Source of the DNA: Octopus vulgaris
Taxonomy: Eukaryota
Reading direction: 5' to 3'
Length of the DNA stretch: 64,000 bases
Assembly (NCBI GenBank): GCA_951406725.2
Contig: OX597821.1
Span: forward strand, 56,048,001 to 56,112,000
Shown: positions 38,250 to 51,559 of the stretch, in pieces
Numbering within the stretch: position 1 is the first letter of the stretch
How the letters are laid out: each line of letters opens with the position of its first letter
Notes under the pieces: model-generated
Databases searched by the model: none
What the model saw: the letters and a program-made list of their open reading frames with translations, nothing else
What the model was told of the DNA's origin: nothing
Program-made: the position numbers and the translations under genes

Positions 38250-38720
38250 ACATGCAATAAGTGAAGCCTTTCTATTATAATATAGTGGTTATTCCTGCAA
38301 AGATGAGAAACAATATTTAGATAATGTATGAAGGTAAAACAATAACCTCTAAATCTATTTGGATATTTCGGAGAAGTTTCCTTTCCATAAGGTTCATCAA
38401 TTATTGTACCTTTTACCGGCAGGATCAGGCATCAAGGGTGAAAGCGTAAAAAAACTGCCTTACAAGTAATGATATTTACTCTACAAAGTAAATGGCCAGG
38501 ATCATCTCCTGGCCTAAATCCTATCAAAATTTTTGGGATCATTAAAAATAAACGAAATTACAGTATAAAATGCTTTATCAGCTTCGCGTTTGAAAAAAAA
38601 AAAGAAAAAAATACTTAGGTCTTCACACTGTAGGTAACCCAGATTACTGCAGAAATTTGGTCGAAAGCATTCTTGACAATATTGTTGTCGTATTGGCGGC
38701 AAAGAAGTATCATATTAAAT
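38250..38720 (+). mobile_element. Tc1-like transposase relic
   Basis: tggccaggatcatctcctggcctaaatcctatc = WPGSSPGLNPI (WPxxSPDLNPIE motif). Confidence 0.55.
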
Positions 38721-39021
38721 ATTTAACTATATAACAATGGTATTTGTACTTTTGAAAACTATACTCATGTCGTCTGCTTCTTTCATTATTAATTACACTC
38801 CTTCGTTTTCATCTGCAGCAACAGTTATACTTTACAAAGTATTTAGACATTTGAGCTATGTACACACGTATACGCACATACACATGCACACACACACACT
38901 CTCACACACACATATACAAACAAACATAAATAAACACAAAACACATACTTATATAAACAGACACACATGCATACACATATAAACGCATACATCTATATAT
39001 CTGTGTAATTTCTATCATTCA

Positions 39022-39026
39022 GTCTG

Positions 39027-39105
<79 letters not shown>

Positions 39106-39118
39106 GTCTATCTGTCTG

Positions 39119-39187
<69 letters not shown>

Positions 39188-39202
39188 ATATATATATATA
39201 AA

Positions 39203-39237
<35 letters not shown>

Positions 39238-39268
39238 TCACACCCATATATATATATACATATATATA
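39022..39268. repeat. (TATC)n-(TA)n microsatellite
   Basis: Direct reading. Confidence 0.95.
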
Positions 39269-39391
39269 TTTAATTTCAAAATGAAGGTGAGGAACTTGAT
39301 ATTAATTTAATTAACATCAATTTCACACCAGTGGTCTAGCATATAAAAAAGAACTGAAGGTTCAGTAGTGGTCATCCATCTCATATGTATG

Positions 39392-39443
<52 letters not shown>

Positions 39444-39577
39444 TATATATATATCTGTCTGGCTGCCTGTCTGATTGTCTGTCCATCTATCTGTCTGTCT
39501 ATGTATCTTCCGATCTATTTATTCAACACACACACATATATGCAATTATATATATATATATATATTTATATTATATT

Positions 39578-39797
39578 GAGGGTACTACTATTCGTAGATA
39601 CCACACGCTAAAGAGGGACCAATGCGGTCAAAACTACTAAAATAAACAAAATTTCACCGAATACAAAACTTCAAAGCAAATCATTTAAAAAAATTATTTA
39701 GTTACATATCACCTGTTTATTTTAGTTGTTTATTTTAGTAGTTTTGACCGCATTGGTCCCTCTTTAGCGTGTGGTATCTACGAATAGTAGTACCCTC
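39578..39797. repeat. Perfect 72-bp inverted repeat with 76-bp spacer
   Basis: 39578-39649 is the exact reverse complement of 39726-39797 by manual comparison; embedded between (TA)n tracts. Confidence 0.9.
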
Positions 39798-39909
39798 TAT
39801 ATAATATAAATAAATATTTTCGAAGTGGAAAAATTTACAGATTTTTTCTCTTACGAGATTTTTCACGCCAACTACTGATAATTTCTTTTAAAGATTTTAT
39901 CCTCAATTG

Positions 39910-39957
<48 letters not shown>

Positions 39958-40580
39958 ATTATAAACATATATGTGTGTGTATATATATATATATATACAT
40001 ACACATTCACACATATACATACACACACACATATATGTATTTATAATAGGCAGTGGGGCTAAGAGTGTATATGTGTGTGTGCGTGCACGAATGAATATGA
40101 TCATTCAGTCCAGATCTTTAATATTTTATAGGATAGATAATTAAATCAGGAATGTTATATTTCCATTGCTTAACTAAAGATGAAATTCACACCTTCATAT
40201 TTGTGAAAACATTGAAATGCGTAACCTTGAACATATGCCAATATGGTTCTCATATAAATCTCTGCAGAACAGGCAATCGATTCCTCTTGATATTTTGCCC
40301 AAAACGCGAAAAGTAATTTTGTTTTAGTTAAAAGTTTACTTCTTACCTTAGTTTCAAATATTGCCTAGAGTTTTAGATTATTCCTGGCAGTATATAGTTG
40401 TCAATCGGAGATTGGTAACTCGATGCAGTTGTTTTGTTGCTATTAAAGCTGCTCATATTGATATTGCAGTTGCAAAAATAAATCGATGCAGCATATATTT
40501 AACTGATGTATTTATTTTAGCGAAAAGATTACACGTGTGAATGCATATGTGCGTAAGTATGGACATATATACAAATATGA

Positions 40581-40796
40581 AGGCGGTGAGCTTGCAAAAT
40601 CGTTAGCACGCCGGACAAAGTGCTTAGCGGAATTTCTTCCGGTTTTACAGTCTGAGTTCGAATTCCACTGGGGTCGACTTTGCCTTTCATCCTTTCTGAG
40701 TCGATAAAGTAGACACTAGCTGAGCACTGAGATAGATATAATTGACTAGCCTCCTCCCTGCAAAATGTAAGGCCTTGTGTCTATAGTGGAAAGGAT
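40581..40796 (+). mobile_element. SINE family A monomer, diverged
   Basis: ggcggtgagcttgcaaaatcgttagcacgccgg...gtcgactttgcctttcatcc...ggccttgtgtctatagtggaaagga. Confidence 0.85.
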
Positions 40797-40799
40797 ATG

Positions 40800-41640
40800 C
40801 CATGTTGAGTCAAAAGATTTTTTTCGGATTTTCACGAATGAATTTTGTCAAGTTGTGTCTCCATGGTAATTTGGTATAACTTGCCCAATTCCTGTTTTTT
40901 TTTGTTCTTTATTTTCATATATAACATGTAAACATTAATTGCTTAGTCTTTATTTTAGAGCTTTGATAATGAGTGATGAATAAATTGCTATTGGTACCAT
41001 TTTATGCTACTTGTGGAAAAAAGCACAGCAAAAGAAATTAATCATGTGGAAGGCTCAGCAACGGTCACCGAACGTGTGTCACAAAATTGGTTCAAGGAAG
41101 GTGATACCAATTAAAAAGAAAAATCAAGGCCAAGTAAACATGATGCGGAAGATGAAGCCTTGCTTGAAATGGTTGTGCAAAAATCAATCACTCGTAGATT
41201 GTCGGCAGAACTTGTTCTTTCATAAAGCAGCAACCAATCGACACATCCATAAGCTCGGCCTTGTGAACAGACGCTGTCGAGAACTGACCTCATAAATTGA
41301 CCAATGACCGAGCCCAACGACGTGGGAACATTTGCAAACAACTGATGGCAAACCCTCATGATTTCCTTCTTTATGTTGAATTGTAACTTGAGATGAAAAA
41401 TGCATCTATTTTCGTAATCCTAATAAGAGAAATCAGTGGCTTCGCTCCGACCAGGCTTCAGAACCTATTGTCAAACAAAGGCGGTTGGGAAAGAAGGTTA
41501 TGTTGTCTCTTTTGGAGGATGTGTTGCACATTGAGCTTGTAATAGGTAGTCGTTCAGTGAATGCTAACATTTAGGGTCAACAACTGCTTTGAAAGTTCGC
41601 TATGAGCTGTATGGTAAATGTCAGTTTATCGAAATTTCCA
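40800..41640 (+). mobile_element. mariner transposase relic
   Basis: TRRLSAEL, HIHKLG, PHKLT, IVT.DEKCIYFRNP (VTGDEKW motif), GKKVML; frameshifted. Confidence 0.75.
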
Positions 41641-42009
41641 TTGATTTCGGTATGATGGTTAATAAACTCTTTTTATCGTACATTGTCTACCGTTTGTCAT
41701 ATATAGTAGCTGTATACTTACTATACACTCACATACATACATATATACATACATACATATATGCATACATACATACATATATACATACATACATACATGC
41801 ATGCATACATACATACATACATTCATACTTCAAAGTAACAGTACTGACCTGTGGTAGGGACAAAAGACACCACTCCTTATTCTACTAGCCCTACAAACAC
41901 GCTTTGTTTACAGCCACAACCACACACACATACACACACACACGCACACACACACGCACACACACACGCACACGCAGACCTCCGCGCACGCACATATCCA
42001 CACTTACAC

Positions 42010-42305
42010 ACACATTCCCCCCTCTACCATTCTGCTGTCTTTGACAATACTACTCTCCTGTCTTTGAAAACATCTTTCTTCGCCCTTTTCCTTCCGGTTT
42101 TTCAAAATGTGACCTCGTGTGTACCGTCGGCGATTTTTTTTCCTGTCTTCCCTTCTCTGGATCTTTCCTTCTCCTATGTTTCCGACGAAGAGCTCCGCTC
42201 GAAACGTTAAACCCTCCTTCTTTCCTTCTTTCCTGAGCGTCCAATAATACTATATTTGTTCCACGTCCTCGCGTTGTTGTGGTTTTTGTGCTTTCTTGTT
42301 TGGAT

Positions 42306-42310
<5 letters not shown>
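42010..42310 (+). mobile_element. Penelope-type pLTR-like non-coding repeat containing a hammerhead, ending in (TA)n
   Basis: Pyrimidine-rich body, hammerhead at 42178-42212, then aataatac and directly (TA)n. Confidence 0.55.
42178..42212 (+). ncRNA. Minimal type-I hammerhead ribozyme (U4C core variant)
   Basis: gttt-CCGACGA-A-GAGC tcc GCTC-GAAA-cg-TT-aaac; stems I and II perfectly paired, palindromic stem III AACGTT, extra A after A9 as in PLE hammerheads. Confidence 0.75.
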
Positions 42311-42370
<60 letters not shown>

Positions 42371-43419
42371 TGTTAATATTTGGGGATGGTCATTTTCTGT
42401 TTTTGTCAAATACAATATATATATATATATATGTATTTTTAATATTTGGGGATGGTCATTTTCTGTTTTTGTCAAATACACGCACTATTTCTTTGATCTT
42501 TATTCTGGCTTTATTATCACAATTCTTTCGTCTATTTTCTCAGATAACTAAGCTTTGATGACATTAAGCACATCATCACAATAGTGTACAGCCGTCCAGT
42601 TATCACTGCTATGACGAAGGGGTTATTTATAACGCAGAGATATCGATAAATTCTGTGACCAACCACATACTCATTTTTCTGTCACTACATCATTTTAAGA
42701 CTTATATGCACTGGAACACACGCGCGCACACACAAACATACACACGCGCATTCACACATAAACACACATGCATACACACACAGTATAGTTATGTTTCTTG
42801 CGTAATTAAGTTACTGAAGATTGCCTCGGATTTCTTTGCAGTTTACTCTCTGTTATATCGTCATGTGGAAATTTCCTGGAATTTCATTAGACTTTGTGCC
42901 TATATCAGGTTTATCTTCGTTGATATATATGTGGATTTATGAGTAAGTCTGTGCTTATATATGTATGAATATATGAATATATGTATGATATCGATAAATG
43001 CTCTGACCAAGTGCATGCCTGTTTTCAGCCATACTATATTATTTTAAGTTCCATATGCACTGGAACACACACATACACATGAACACATGAATAGTGTCAT
43101 ACATACATTCATACAATCCCTCTACGCAACGCTTCAAAAACGCAAAATTACATTGCGTTCTTCAAACGATACGTCAAGGGATTATCTTTTAACATGGATT
43201 TCTTTTAATCTGAAGAGGTAGCTTAATATCCTGTGTTGTGTCTCTATGGAAAGATAGTTGCTCATGTGCTACACATTGAAAAGCGAAAGAAATTGAAATA
43301 CGATTACTTAATGCACTTTATATATATACTTTATATACTTTACGCACATTTTCATTGACTTAATACATAGCACGCATAAAATAAATATTCGCTCTAAATT
43401 TTCCATTTCCCCATAAACA

Positions 43420-44365
43420 CAAAAACACAGGAATGTTTTCCTGGTTTGTCATTCGAAAAGATCAAAGCATGTGTGTATGAAGGACCTCAGATTCGTGCCC
43501 TTGTAAATGATAAGGAATTTGTCGGAAAGATGAATGACAAGGAAAGAGCAGCATGGCTGCCATTCGTAGCAGTCATAAAAAAAATTCTTAGAAACAGAAA
43601 AGCAGGTAACTATGAAATTTTTGTAAATAATATGTTGTCGGCTTTCCATGATGTTGGGTGTAACATGAGCGTTAAACTGTATTTTCTGCATAGTCACCTT
43701 GATCAGTTCCCTGAAAACGTTGGAGATGTAAGTGATAAGCAAGGGAAGCGTTTCCACCAAGACCTCAGGACCATGAAAGAGCATTATCAAGAGCGATGGG
43801 ACAAAAACCTGTTGGCAGACTACTGCAAAAGCATTAAACAAGATTTCCCTAAAAAAGTCTATAATCGCAAGAGTTCCAAACGCGAACTCTTTCCTGAATA
43901 AGATTTATTTGTGTTTTATATTCCGTCCTAATGAGTTTCTCAACTATGTACACCTATCATTTGTATATGATATATATTTTCAACAGAAAAGCAGATGGTG
44001 AAAAAAACTGGCACATGATAACATTTATTTTGCTCAGCATCGGAATAAGAAACATTATTTTTATGTCCTAATTTTTATTGTAGTGTACTTACTCGTATAT
44101 AAAAATAAAGTTAAAATCTCAATGCGTAGATAGTTGATATTTTCCACCTAGTTTGAAGATAGTTTAACGAGAAAATTATCAGATGATTAACATCATATCT
44201 CTGGAAATATTTGAAATTTAGAAAATATATTAAAAAAACCCACATTAATTACAAAAAGTCTAGAGCTTACAAAGAAAAAACTAACTTCATATTTGAATTC
44301 AGCATACCCGAATTAAGTAATACCAATCATTGGTATCAATGCAACAAAAGTTTTCTTGGCCGGTG
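43420..44365 (+). mobile_element. Chapaev3-like transposon 3' half; 151-aa open transposase C-terminus
   Basis: ORF 43446..43901 KIKACVYEGPQIR...GCNMSVKLYFLHSHLDQFPENVGDVSDKQGKRFHQDL...LADYC; subterminal gaattcagcatacccgaa...gcaacaaaa...ttggccggtg (CAGTG-like end). Confidence 0.75.
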
Positions 44366-44393
44366 TTATCTGTCGGTCTGTCTGTCTGTCTGC

Positions 44394-44477
<84 letters not shown>

Positions 44478-44584
44478 TTATCTAGCTATCTATCAATCTA
44501 TCTATAAATCTGTCCTTACCTACCTACCTACCTACCTAACTACCTACATATATACATACATGCATACATATATACATACAAATC

Positions 44585-45645
44585 TCCACAAAAATAGTGA
44601 TATCGATAGGATCTACCTAAGAAGAGACAAAGGTGATAGAGGCTTGAGATCAGTGCAGACAGTTTTCGAATGTCGCATAGTCTCTCTCAGGCAGCACTTG
44701 CTAAACAACAGCAGCAAAAATAAATGCCTTAAGTTAGGGCTGAAAAGTGAAGGAAACAATACCCTACGTGTTGGAAGTGAACTCCTCAGGAAGTACACTC
44801 TGCTTGATGACTTTCCATACAACCCCAAATCAGCCGGACAAGCATACCTCAAAGGAGACCTGGAAGTGAAATGTTCAGCATACTCAAAAAGACTATGCAT
44901 GGATATGTTTCTCGTAGACTTGAAGAAAATAGTAACATTCACATGAAGCGAGGCCACACTTGGACTCGTGACCGCTACACTTTGAAAGCTATGCATTTGC
45001 AATCAAAGAACAGGAGATTGCTACTAAATACTAAATCAACAACAGAGACAGTGAAGCCCTTGGCGTTCAAAGATGTAGATTATCTAAGATTTCTGTGTAA
45101 GATATCACATATGTGATTAACTGCTGCCCCTAAATGTTAAGGAACTGCCTCCTTGTGAGACATGACGTTGTTGTAAAAACAATGTACAATGCTATTCGGA
45201 AATAAGGACTGTCTTGGAATGAATATAGAGAATCTCCTATTACTGGATATGTACACAAATACCAGCACAAGGAATACTGGTGGAACATTCTCATCAAAAC
45301 ATGTCAAGTGTAAGCATAACAGCCCGGGTTACTGTTGTCCGGGACAGACAAGAATAAGTATACACTGTCATAGAGGTCAGTTGTCCTGCTGATGTGAACA
45401 TCTTTTTGAAAATCAAAGAGAAAAAAGATAACTATGGACAACTGCTTCAAAATCTACGGATTACAAATTTACATTCATACTAATAATAACTGGAGCACTT
45501 GGTTTGGTAAGCAAACGCCCAAGTGTCAGTCTGGATGATCTTGGAATTTTAGGAAAAGAAATCAACCAAATAATTCACACCTTACAAATACAATCGGTAA
45601 GTGGAACAGTAAAAATATGCAAGATTTTTCTCAGGTTTAAAATGT
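44585..45645 (+). mobile_element. R4/Dong-like LINE 3' portion flanked by (TACA)n tracts
   Basis: LHKNSDIDRIYLRRDKGDRGL; KKTMHGYV; RHDVVVK; CKHNSP(D); IEVSCPAD; IITGALG. Confidence 0.8.
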
Positions 45646-45770
45646 CACATTGTTTTCGTTAAATACATTCCAAAGATGGAGTTTTGTATCTTTGTAAGAA
45701 ACGAACTCCTTCTTCAGAGGAAGAATCTGAATGATTAAATACAAAAGAATCATACATACATACATATATG

Positions 45771-45802
<32 letters not shown>

Positions 45803-46563
45803 CATACATACATACATACATACATACATACATACATACATACATACATACATACATACATAGGAAGAAATGAGAATAAAATATTTCTTTTTGTATTCTG
45901 TTCTTGCATTAAACTTTATTATTATTTTGCTGTTTCTTTTATATATTTATTTGATATATTTTATAGAATCTGTCTGTTTTAGATCTTAGAAGCCCCACTA
46001 AAAGAAATTTTCAATTTCAAGCAGTCTTTCGCTTAATGATAAGGATATTTTGAGAGCGAACAAAATGATGCTGTTAGGAGAATTGTTCATCCATTAACTA
46101 TCATGTATAGTATTGTGCATGAAGAAAAGCTCAGATCTACTTTTGGCAGATAGGAAGAAAATTTCTTTCCCTAAGTTAAGTTATGGCAGGAAGCAAACGG
46201 TGATTACTTTTCCGAAGAATTTCTCAGCAAACGACGGAAGAAATTTGAAAGCCCCTTGGATAATCTGTGACTTGTAATTAGGTTCTACCTGAACATTGCA
46301 ATTTTCGAAGAAGCAAACATACACAAATATATACATTGACACATTCACACATGCACAAATTTATGCCTCAATAACAGATAAAAAGTATACACGCATGTAT
46401 AAACACATGTTCACACAAACACATTTATATTTTTTTCTTGAAACCTAGGATAAAGGTTACCTTTTGCAACTCCGATCATATTTCTAATGTATCCATCTGC
46501 CTATCTATCCTGTGTGTGCGAGGGGTGGGTGGTATGTGCACGTATTATTTAAATCTTTACCTC

Positions 46564-46631
<68 letters not shown>

Positions 46632-46688
46632 ATATATATATATATATATATATATATCTAACCAGCTACCTATCAAATTATCAATTTC

Positions 46689-46755
<67 letters not shown>

Positions 46756-46859
46756 CAATCTGTCTATCTATCAATATATCTAACTGTGTATGAATGTATT
46801 TACCTTATATATATATATATATACATGTCTGCGTGTGTGTATATGTATATATGTGTGAA

Positions 46860-47060
46860 TCACAATCACAGTTTTGTGTGCACAGTTTGTAGCAGACCAT
46901 GCCTTTCTTTTGCTGGGCTCAGATCTCATTTAAGAACTAATGGAAAACGAACTTCTACCAACAATTTTGCCTATATGTCTGTGCACACATTTCAATGAAT
47001 GTATGCCAGAAGGTCTGAAAACCCAAAGGAGGCGTCAAAAGACATTTTAAAATCGAATAT
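46860..47060 (+). mobile_element. LINE C-terminal C2H2-finger relic (RTE-like)
   Basis: FVCTVCSRPCLSFAGLRSHLRT and a second decayed finger HTFQ*MYARR. Confidence 0.45.
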
Positions 47061-47261
47061 GCAATCTATGTGGGTGTCTTTTCAAAACATTGTCCGTGGC
47101 ATCTGATGCATCTCTTTTAAACCCAACAATGTTTTGAAAAGACACAGTGGTATTCTTTGTATATATGCAGAGTTTGACCACCTCCCGTGGCATCTGATGA
47201 GATATCAACCTTATGCATACTTCTATATTTAAGAGACGAGGAATTATGTACAATATTTTCA

Positions 47262-47970
47262 TTACTTACTGTTGATGGATATTTGTCCTAATCTTGTTTG
47301 TTGTTACGGTAGATTACGGTAGATATACCTTCTAACTTTCATCAGGTGTCTTGGCGAAATTTTGAACATGGGTTTTCATTCCTAAAGTATTCGATGTTAT
47401 TATTATCATGCAGGTCACTCCTTGGAATCGAACTCGGAATCATCGCGCTCTTAACCACTACGCCATATGCCGGTAGGTAATTATTGAGTGAATTTTAGGG
47501 CTCATAAATCTAATATTTTCCTATATTTCCTTAATACCAGTCCCCACATGCTACTCATATCTGCACTCGGTCTGCTTAGGAGGTTGTTGTGTTGTAGCAT
47601 ATGTGCTGCTTCTTTTAGTTTTCGTATTTTCCAGTGGTGTTCTCTGTCTATTATTTTCACTTCATCCCACAGGGGGAGGTGGTCTCCATTTTTCCATACA
47701 TTATCAGCTATACCCGATTTATTAATATCTTCCCATGTCACAGCTTTGCGATGTTCGTCCACCCTATGGTTGCGATATGTTGATGACACCTTTATACTCT
47801 GGCCCTACCAGAAATATGTTCAAGTGCTGTTAGATCATGTGAACTCAATAAAGCCATCCATACAGTTCATAATGGAAAAGGAAAAAGACAATCAACTAGC
47901 ATTCCTAGCCGAAACGTGTTAACAACAAACAAGATGAGGACAAATATCTGTCAAATGTAAATATTGAAAA
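47262..47970. mobile_element. Penelope-like element with inverted architecture: GIY-YIG C-terminus + pLTR on -, RT fragment + pLTR end on +
   Basis: - ORF 47502..47789 RVDEHRKAV...KSGIADNVW...WDEVKIIDRE..WKIRKLKEA; + strand WLRYVDDTFILWP...NSIKPSIQFIMEKEKDNQLAFL; inverted ends 47275-47306 / 47920-47955. Confidence 0.85.
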
Positions 47971-48116
47971 TAATATGTATATATACTCTGTACTACACCG
48001 CATCTTTCGATATTAGACAATATTGTCTGAAATAAACAAATGTAAAGGCACTATCTCCATATAAAGTAACTTGGTAGATATTAAAAGAGGGAATCGTATA
48101 AGAACCTATCTGATAG

Positions 48117-48340
48117 GCATAGGTGTGACTGTATGGTAAGATGTTTGCTTACCGACGGTACGCTTCTGGGTTCATCCTACTGCATGGCGCCTTGGACAAT
48201 TTTCTGCTATGGCTTCGGGCCGACCATTACCACATTAGCGGAAACTCTATGTCTGTATGTGTGTGTGTGTGTGTGTGTGTGTTATTGCCCCGGCATGGCT
48301 GCAGTCGAATGACTAAAACAAGTAAAATATGAAAAAGATA
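48117..48340 (+). mobile_element. SINE family B, deleted and degenerate
   Basis: gtgactgtatggtaag...catggctgcagtcgaatgactaaaacaagtaaa. Confidence 0.7.
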
Positions 48341-48847
48341 CAAAATATATATCCTGTAAAGTTTTCCATTTATAGATTTTGTATAAAAGAGCTTCATTAG
48401 ATATTTCGATCTGAAGTAGGATCTAGTGAGCGAGCCAGCCTATAGTTTGCTGCGGCTCCGTAGCTGCTGCAGCAATATAAATCTGGAAACGACAATAATT
48501 AAGAAAATAACGTGTTTGTTAAATTCTGTTCTAATTGTTTACACAATTTTGGGACTACAGCATAGTATGTGTGTGTGTATGTACAGTGTGTGTGTACAGT
48601 GGCTGCTTTCCCGTGTACGAGCAAAGCCATTACTAGAAGGAATCGTTGAAATGAGTCATTGATGATCCAACTGATCGGCACACCTTCCAACAGCTTGCAC
48701 ATGTTCTGTTTTGAACAATAGTCGTATCATAATTTACAAGTGGTAGATTCCTGTGACTTTTCTGATGGCTGACCAAGCCTGCATGACACTCGAGCATTTC
48801 CTCCTACAAATCACACGCACACACACACACACACACACACTCACACA

Positions 48848-48894
<47 letters not shown>

Positions 48895-48924
48895 ATACAC
48901 ACACACACATATATATATATATAA

Positions 48925-49300
48925 ATCTTTTATCTTGTTTTTCTACTTGTTCCAGTCTTTAAACTGTGGCCATGCTGGGGCACCACCTTGAGCAGTGATT
49001 TTCTATAGTCGAACGTTTCAACTCCACCACTTATTTTCTTTTAAAGTCTTGTACTTATTCAGGCGGTCACTTCGCCGAACCGCTAAGTTACGGGGACGTA
49101 AACAAACCAACACAAGTTATCAAATGTTGATGGTGAGCAAACACAGACACAAAGCTACACACAAGCGCGCGCACACATATATTTATCTGTACGTCGATTT
49201 TTTTTTTCAGTATCTGTCTCCTAAAGCCTCCCATATGTGTTTGGTCGGACCAAGGCTATTGTAGAAGATAACTGCCCAAGCTACCACGCGGTGGTGCTCA
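48925..49300 (-). mobile_element. SINE family B, degenerate
   Basis: tgtggccatgctggggcaccacc; gccgaaccgctaagttacggggacgtaaaca. Confidence 0.75.
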
Positions 49301-49384
49301 AACTACATGTATATGGTACTCCGGACTCCAATTGTAACAGCTATATCAACATTTGGGATTGTATTATTAGTATGAAGTGTAGGG

Positions 49385-49600
49385 CGATGAACTGACAGAG
49401 CTGTTAGTACGCTGGGGAAAATGCTGAACAGTATTTCATCCGTTCTTACTTTCTGAGCTGAAATGCCGCCGGTTTCTTCATTGCCTTTCATCCTTTCGGG
49501 ATCGATGAACTAAATACCAGATGAGCTCTGGGTTTGATATAATCGGCTTGCACCCGCCCCAACAATTGCTGACCTTGTGACAAAATTTGAAGCCAATGAC
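49385..49600 (+). mobile_element. SINE family A, degenerate
   Basis: ttgcctttcatcctttcgggatcgat...taccag. Confidence 0.65.
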
Positions 49601-50595
49601 AGTTATGAAAACTTATAGATATCGAATAAATAAGATTTATTATGTGATCTTCAACAAGATACCGAACAATCCTAAACACAATGCATCTAGTTTGTAACCT
49701 TCCGAGCACTGTGTAATACTGTGTAACGCTCGTCAGCAAGTGAAAGATTAAAGTGAACAGCTACTGCACCAATCTCATCAAATAACTGTCCTACAGAAAA
49801 ATCTGACAGAGCCAAGGATTATCGTATCCTAGCCTTCCTACCAAACTAATATCTTAAGAGTTAAAGGAGTGAATTTCTGATATAGCATTTATTTTTAAGG
49901 GACACGTAAAAAGCAAATAGTAATTCGATCCTTTGTCAGTTTCGATTATGAATATTTCAGTTATTCTTTCATCTGAACTATCGACTCATTGAAGTATAAT
50001 GTAGGAAGCAAAGTAGTCTAGAGACACGAGTAACTATAACATAATGCACAGGATGAATAAATGTGATGTAGCATGTAATAAGGTTGGCTCTTTGAATTAT
50101 TCAGACCGTCCAGTTGACGAGCCTTCCACACAGTTTCCGTGTATCTAGTATCATTTACAAGGTACCATGCGGCGGGATCGAATGAGAAAACTGATGAGTG
50201 TGAAGCAAAGTCCTGAACCATCCAATCACATCAGTGGACAAGTATATACACGTCTTACACATCTGGTATATAGTAAAAATCTGCGAAAGCGAAAGTGATC
50301 AAGATTATATCAAGTCAATCAGCTTGCAGAGATGAAGCTCAGGGGAAATTCAACTGTAATGAGAAACATCAGGTTGTTATTATCTATAAGAAAAGGAAGC
50401 AACCAGAACACTAAATTAATGATAGACATATCGTATCAGATCCAATGAAACCAGTCGATAGGTTGTCGAGCGACCAATTGGTTATTCGTACACAATTAAC
50501 AATTTTGAGCTGTACCACAATCAGGAAACTCAATTCTCAACATCTCAATTAATCTATTTGTGCACAGTCTATTGCAGAACCTGTGTTATTTATAT

Positions 50596-51196
50596 ATTTC
50601 TTTACTGCCCACAAGGGGCTAAACATAGAGGGGACAAATAAGGACAGACGAAGGGATTGAGTCGATTATATCGACCCCAGTGCGAAACTGGTACTTTATT
50701 TATCGACCCCGAAAGGATGAAAGGCAAAGTTGACCTCGGCGGAATTTGAACTCAGAACGTAACGACAGACGAAAATACCTATTTCTTTATTACCCACAAG
50801 GGGCTAAACACAGAGGGGACAAACAAGGACAGACATAGGTATTAAGTCGATTACATCGACCCCAGTGCGTAACTGGTACTTTATTTATCGACCCCGAAAG
50901 GATGAAAGGCAAAGTTGACCTCGGCAGAATTTGAACTCAGAACGTAACGACAGACGAAAATACCTATTTCTTTATTACCCACAAGGGGCTAAACATAAAG
51001 GGGACAAACAAGGACAGACATAGGTATTAAGTCGATTACATCGATCCCAGTGCGTAACTGGTACTTAATTTATCGACCCCGAAAGGATGAAAGGCAAAGT
51101 TGACCTCGGCAGAATTTGAACTCAGAACGTAACGACAGACGAAAATACCGCTAAGCATTTCACCCGGCGCGCTAACGTGTCTGCTAGCTCGCCGCC
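50596..51196 (-). mobile_element. SINE family A trimer (head + 3 x ~185 bp) within one TSD
   Basis: Equivalent positions 50776, 50961, 51146; TSD tgtgtt(a/g)tttatat at 50582-50595 / 51197-51210. Confidence 0.9.
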
Positions 51197-51559
51197 TGTG
51201 TTGTTTATATGTTTATTATTTAACCCTAAGTTAGCCCTGATTGAGGAGATTTATGAGGAGATTTATGATTGAGGATATCTATGATTTATGATAAATATGT
51301 GTCAGTGGTGTCTTTTTTTCTTTTAAGGTAGCATGCTTGCACATCATCCAATGCGTTTCATATTTTAAAACAATAACGTGTATTTTAGGGAGATTTGACA
51401 GTTGTTTCTAGCGAGTCACCTGATCATGCTGAAGCTTCAATATTGACTCATTATAAACACTTGCCGCACATAATTCGTTCGAATAACCCTATGCAGTCCA
51501 CACATTCATTGTTACAGATACACTGATTTTCTAATGGGGGACCATACTGATCACTACGA

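Noticed and set aside
46862-46945. C2H2 zinc finger that might be an exon of a host ZNF gene
   Set aside because: No TGEKP linker, the second finger has a stop, and the pattern matches LINE C-terminal fingers
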